NCBI GenBank assembly: GCA_012965045.1
Contig: DTSZ01000001.1
Location: 348,937 to 412,936, forward strand
Source of the DNA: Candidatus Saccharimonadota bacterium
GTDB lineage: Bacteria; Patescibacteriota; Saccharimonadia; Saccharimonadales; DTSZ01
Direction of reading: 5' to 3'
DNA: 64,000 nucleotides
Every line of letters starts with the position of its first letter. Position 1 is the stretch's first letter. Position numbers and translations under genes: made by a program. Under the pieces are notes generated by a model that was not told the origin of the DNA, did no database searches, and saw nothing but the letters and a program-made list of their open reading frames with translations. Below, piece by piece: positions 63,343-64,000 of the stretch.

Positions 63343-63482
63343 TACCTCTACTATAGACGCTAGCGTTTATATAATGCAAGAATACTAGGCTGCTCGCGGT
63401 TTGCCACGTAAGGGCAAGCCGCGCTCCGCCTGTTCGATGCCACACGAAAACCAAGAAATTGGTTTTCATCCTCAGCTCACAA

Positions 63483-63506
63483 TAAAAAAAGACCCAAAAT
63501 CGGGTC
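63483..63506 (-). terminator. rho-independent terminator downstream of tRNA-Leu
   Basis: On the minus strand, GACCCGATTTTGGGTC (5-bp stem, 6-nt loop) is followed by T7 (rc of 63484-63490). Confidence 0.7.
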
Positions 63507-63516
63507 ATTTCTTATT

Positions 63517-63600
63517 TGGTGGGCGAGGAGGGGCTCGAACCCTCATGCCAAAAGGCACGGATTTTAAGTCCGCTATGTATACCAATTCCATCACTCGCCC
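63517..63600 (-). tRNA. tRNA-Leu (anticodon UAA), long variable arm, CCA encoded
   Basis: The rc reads GGGCGAG-TG-ATGG-AATTGGTAT-ACAT-A-GCGGA-CTTAAAA-TCCGT-GCCTTTTGGCAT-GAGGG-TTCGAGC-CCCTC-CTCGCCC-A-CCA. This is a class II tRNA layout like E. coli tRNA-Leu(UAA). Confidence 0.9.
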
Positions 63601-63751
63601 GGACTCGTAATATTCTAAGTGTCATCTGTAAAATTGGCAATAGTAATCCAAAGCATAAGTTTTTTATTTAACATTCTTTACACAAGCACTATAATATGAT
63701 AATATAAATACAACAACTAGAGGTGGTTGTAATTAACAAAGGAGTTTGTAA

Positions 63752-64000
63752 ATGAAGAAATTATTACTCGCAGCATTTCTGCTTATGGGTGTAGGTGCGT
63801 TTTTTACCTACGGTTCACCAGCAGCTGCTCAATCAACAGAATGTCAAGTTAGCGGCGACTACGGTGGTATTGAAGTTAACGGCAACACAGTAACTGGTAC
63901 GTTTAGCATGAGCGGCCCAGAAGACTGTACTGAAACAACAGTAAACCTAGCTGTATGGCTATGTCGACCTGAAGGCTGTAACGAAAACCTTAAGGACCAA
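63752..64000 (+). CDS. secreted Cys-containing protein, partial (continues beyond window end)
   Basis: ATG at 63752 has an AAAGGAG Shine-Dalgarno (63738-63744). Signal peptide MKKLLLAAFLLMGVGAFFTYGSPAAAQ. The frame is open to the window end. Confidence 0.6.
   Translation, partial: MKKLLLAAFLLMGVGAFFTYGSPAAAQSTECQVSGDYGGIEVNGNTVTGTFSMSGPEDCTETTVNLAVWLCRPEGCNENLKDQ

Noticed and set aside
1-64000. CRISPR arrays, transposases/IS elements, integrases, prophage genes, rRNA operons
   Set aside because: I saw no regularly spaced direct repeats with unique spacers. No translation had a DDE/tyrosine-recombinase/serine-recombinase motif. No rRNA-like conserved strings were seen. The absence is by eye only and should be confirmed with dedicated tools.

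Overview
Most of this window is densely packed housekeeping genes, mainly on the minus strand. By inference from gene content only, it comes from a small, moderately AT-rich genome resembling Patescibacteria/CPR (Saccharibacteria-like). That inference rests on a split transketolase, no biosynthetic operons, many small hypothetical membrane or secreted proteins, and acidic tails on ribosomal and KH proteins.

Recognisable content:
- DNA repair and replication: uvrB, ligA.
- Sugar-phosphate block: PfkB kinase, class II FBA, split transketolase, rpe-like, rpiB, gap, ppa.
- Two thiol/redox clusters: a thioredoxin-fold/TrxB fusion with an NrdH-like protein, FKBP and a cupredoxin; and TlpA-like, CcdA, and the Ni-SOD pair sodN/sodX.
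- Transport: RND and ABC exporters, a family-5 solute-binding protein.
- Signalling: two histidine kinases and one receiver-only response regulator.
- Translation/RNA operon: rpsP, KH protein, trmD, rnc, nusB, rpmF, leuS.
- Envelope and RNA helpers: htpX, lemA, a DEAD-box helicase, an RRM protein.
- Three tRNAs: Gln-CUG, Ala-GGC, Leu-UAA.

No CRISPR array, transposase, integrase or reverse transcriptase was found by eye.

Most unusual signals:
1. A roughly 750-nt ORF-free, locally GC-rich, heavily base-paired segment (about 5800-6545) between fba and pfkB. It looks like a large structured RNA on the minus strand, and I could not match it to RNase P, tmRNA or group II intron signatures.
2. A three-copy 36-nt palindromic intergenic element (15.5, 44.7 and 56.4 kb). 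One copy is preceded by four 16-nt C-rich tandem repeats.
3. A 20-nt duplication of the tRNA-Gln 3' end 264 nt downstream of the tRNA, next to a decayed FtsX-type permease remnant.
4. A LOG/SLOG-like gene translationally coupled to an uncharacterised 422-aa gene beside the PfkB kinase.
5. A kinase / receiver-only regulator operon with two uncharacterised partner proteins.

All functional calls come from motifs read in the translations. No database search was possible.
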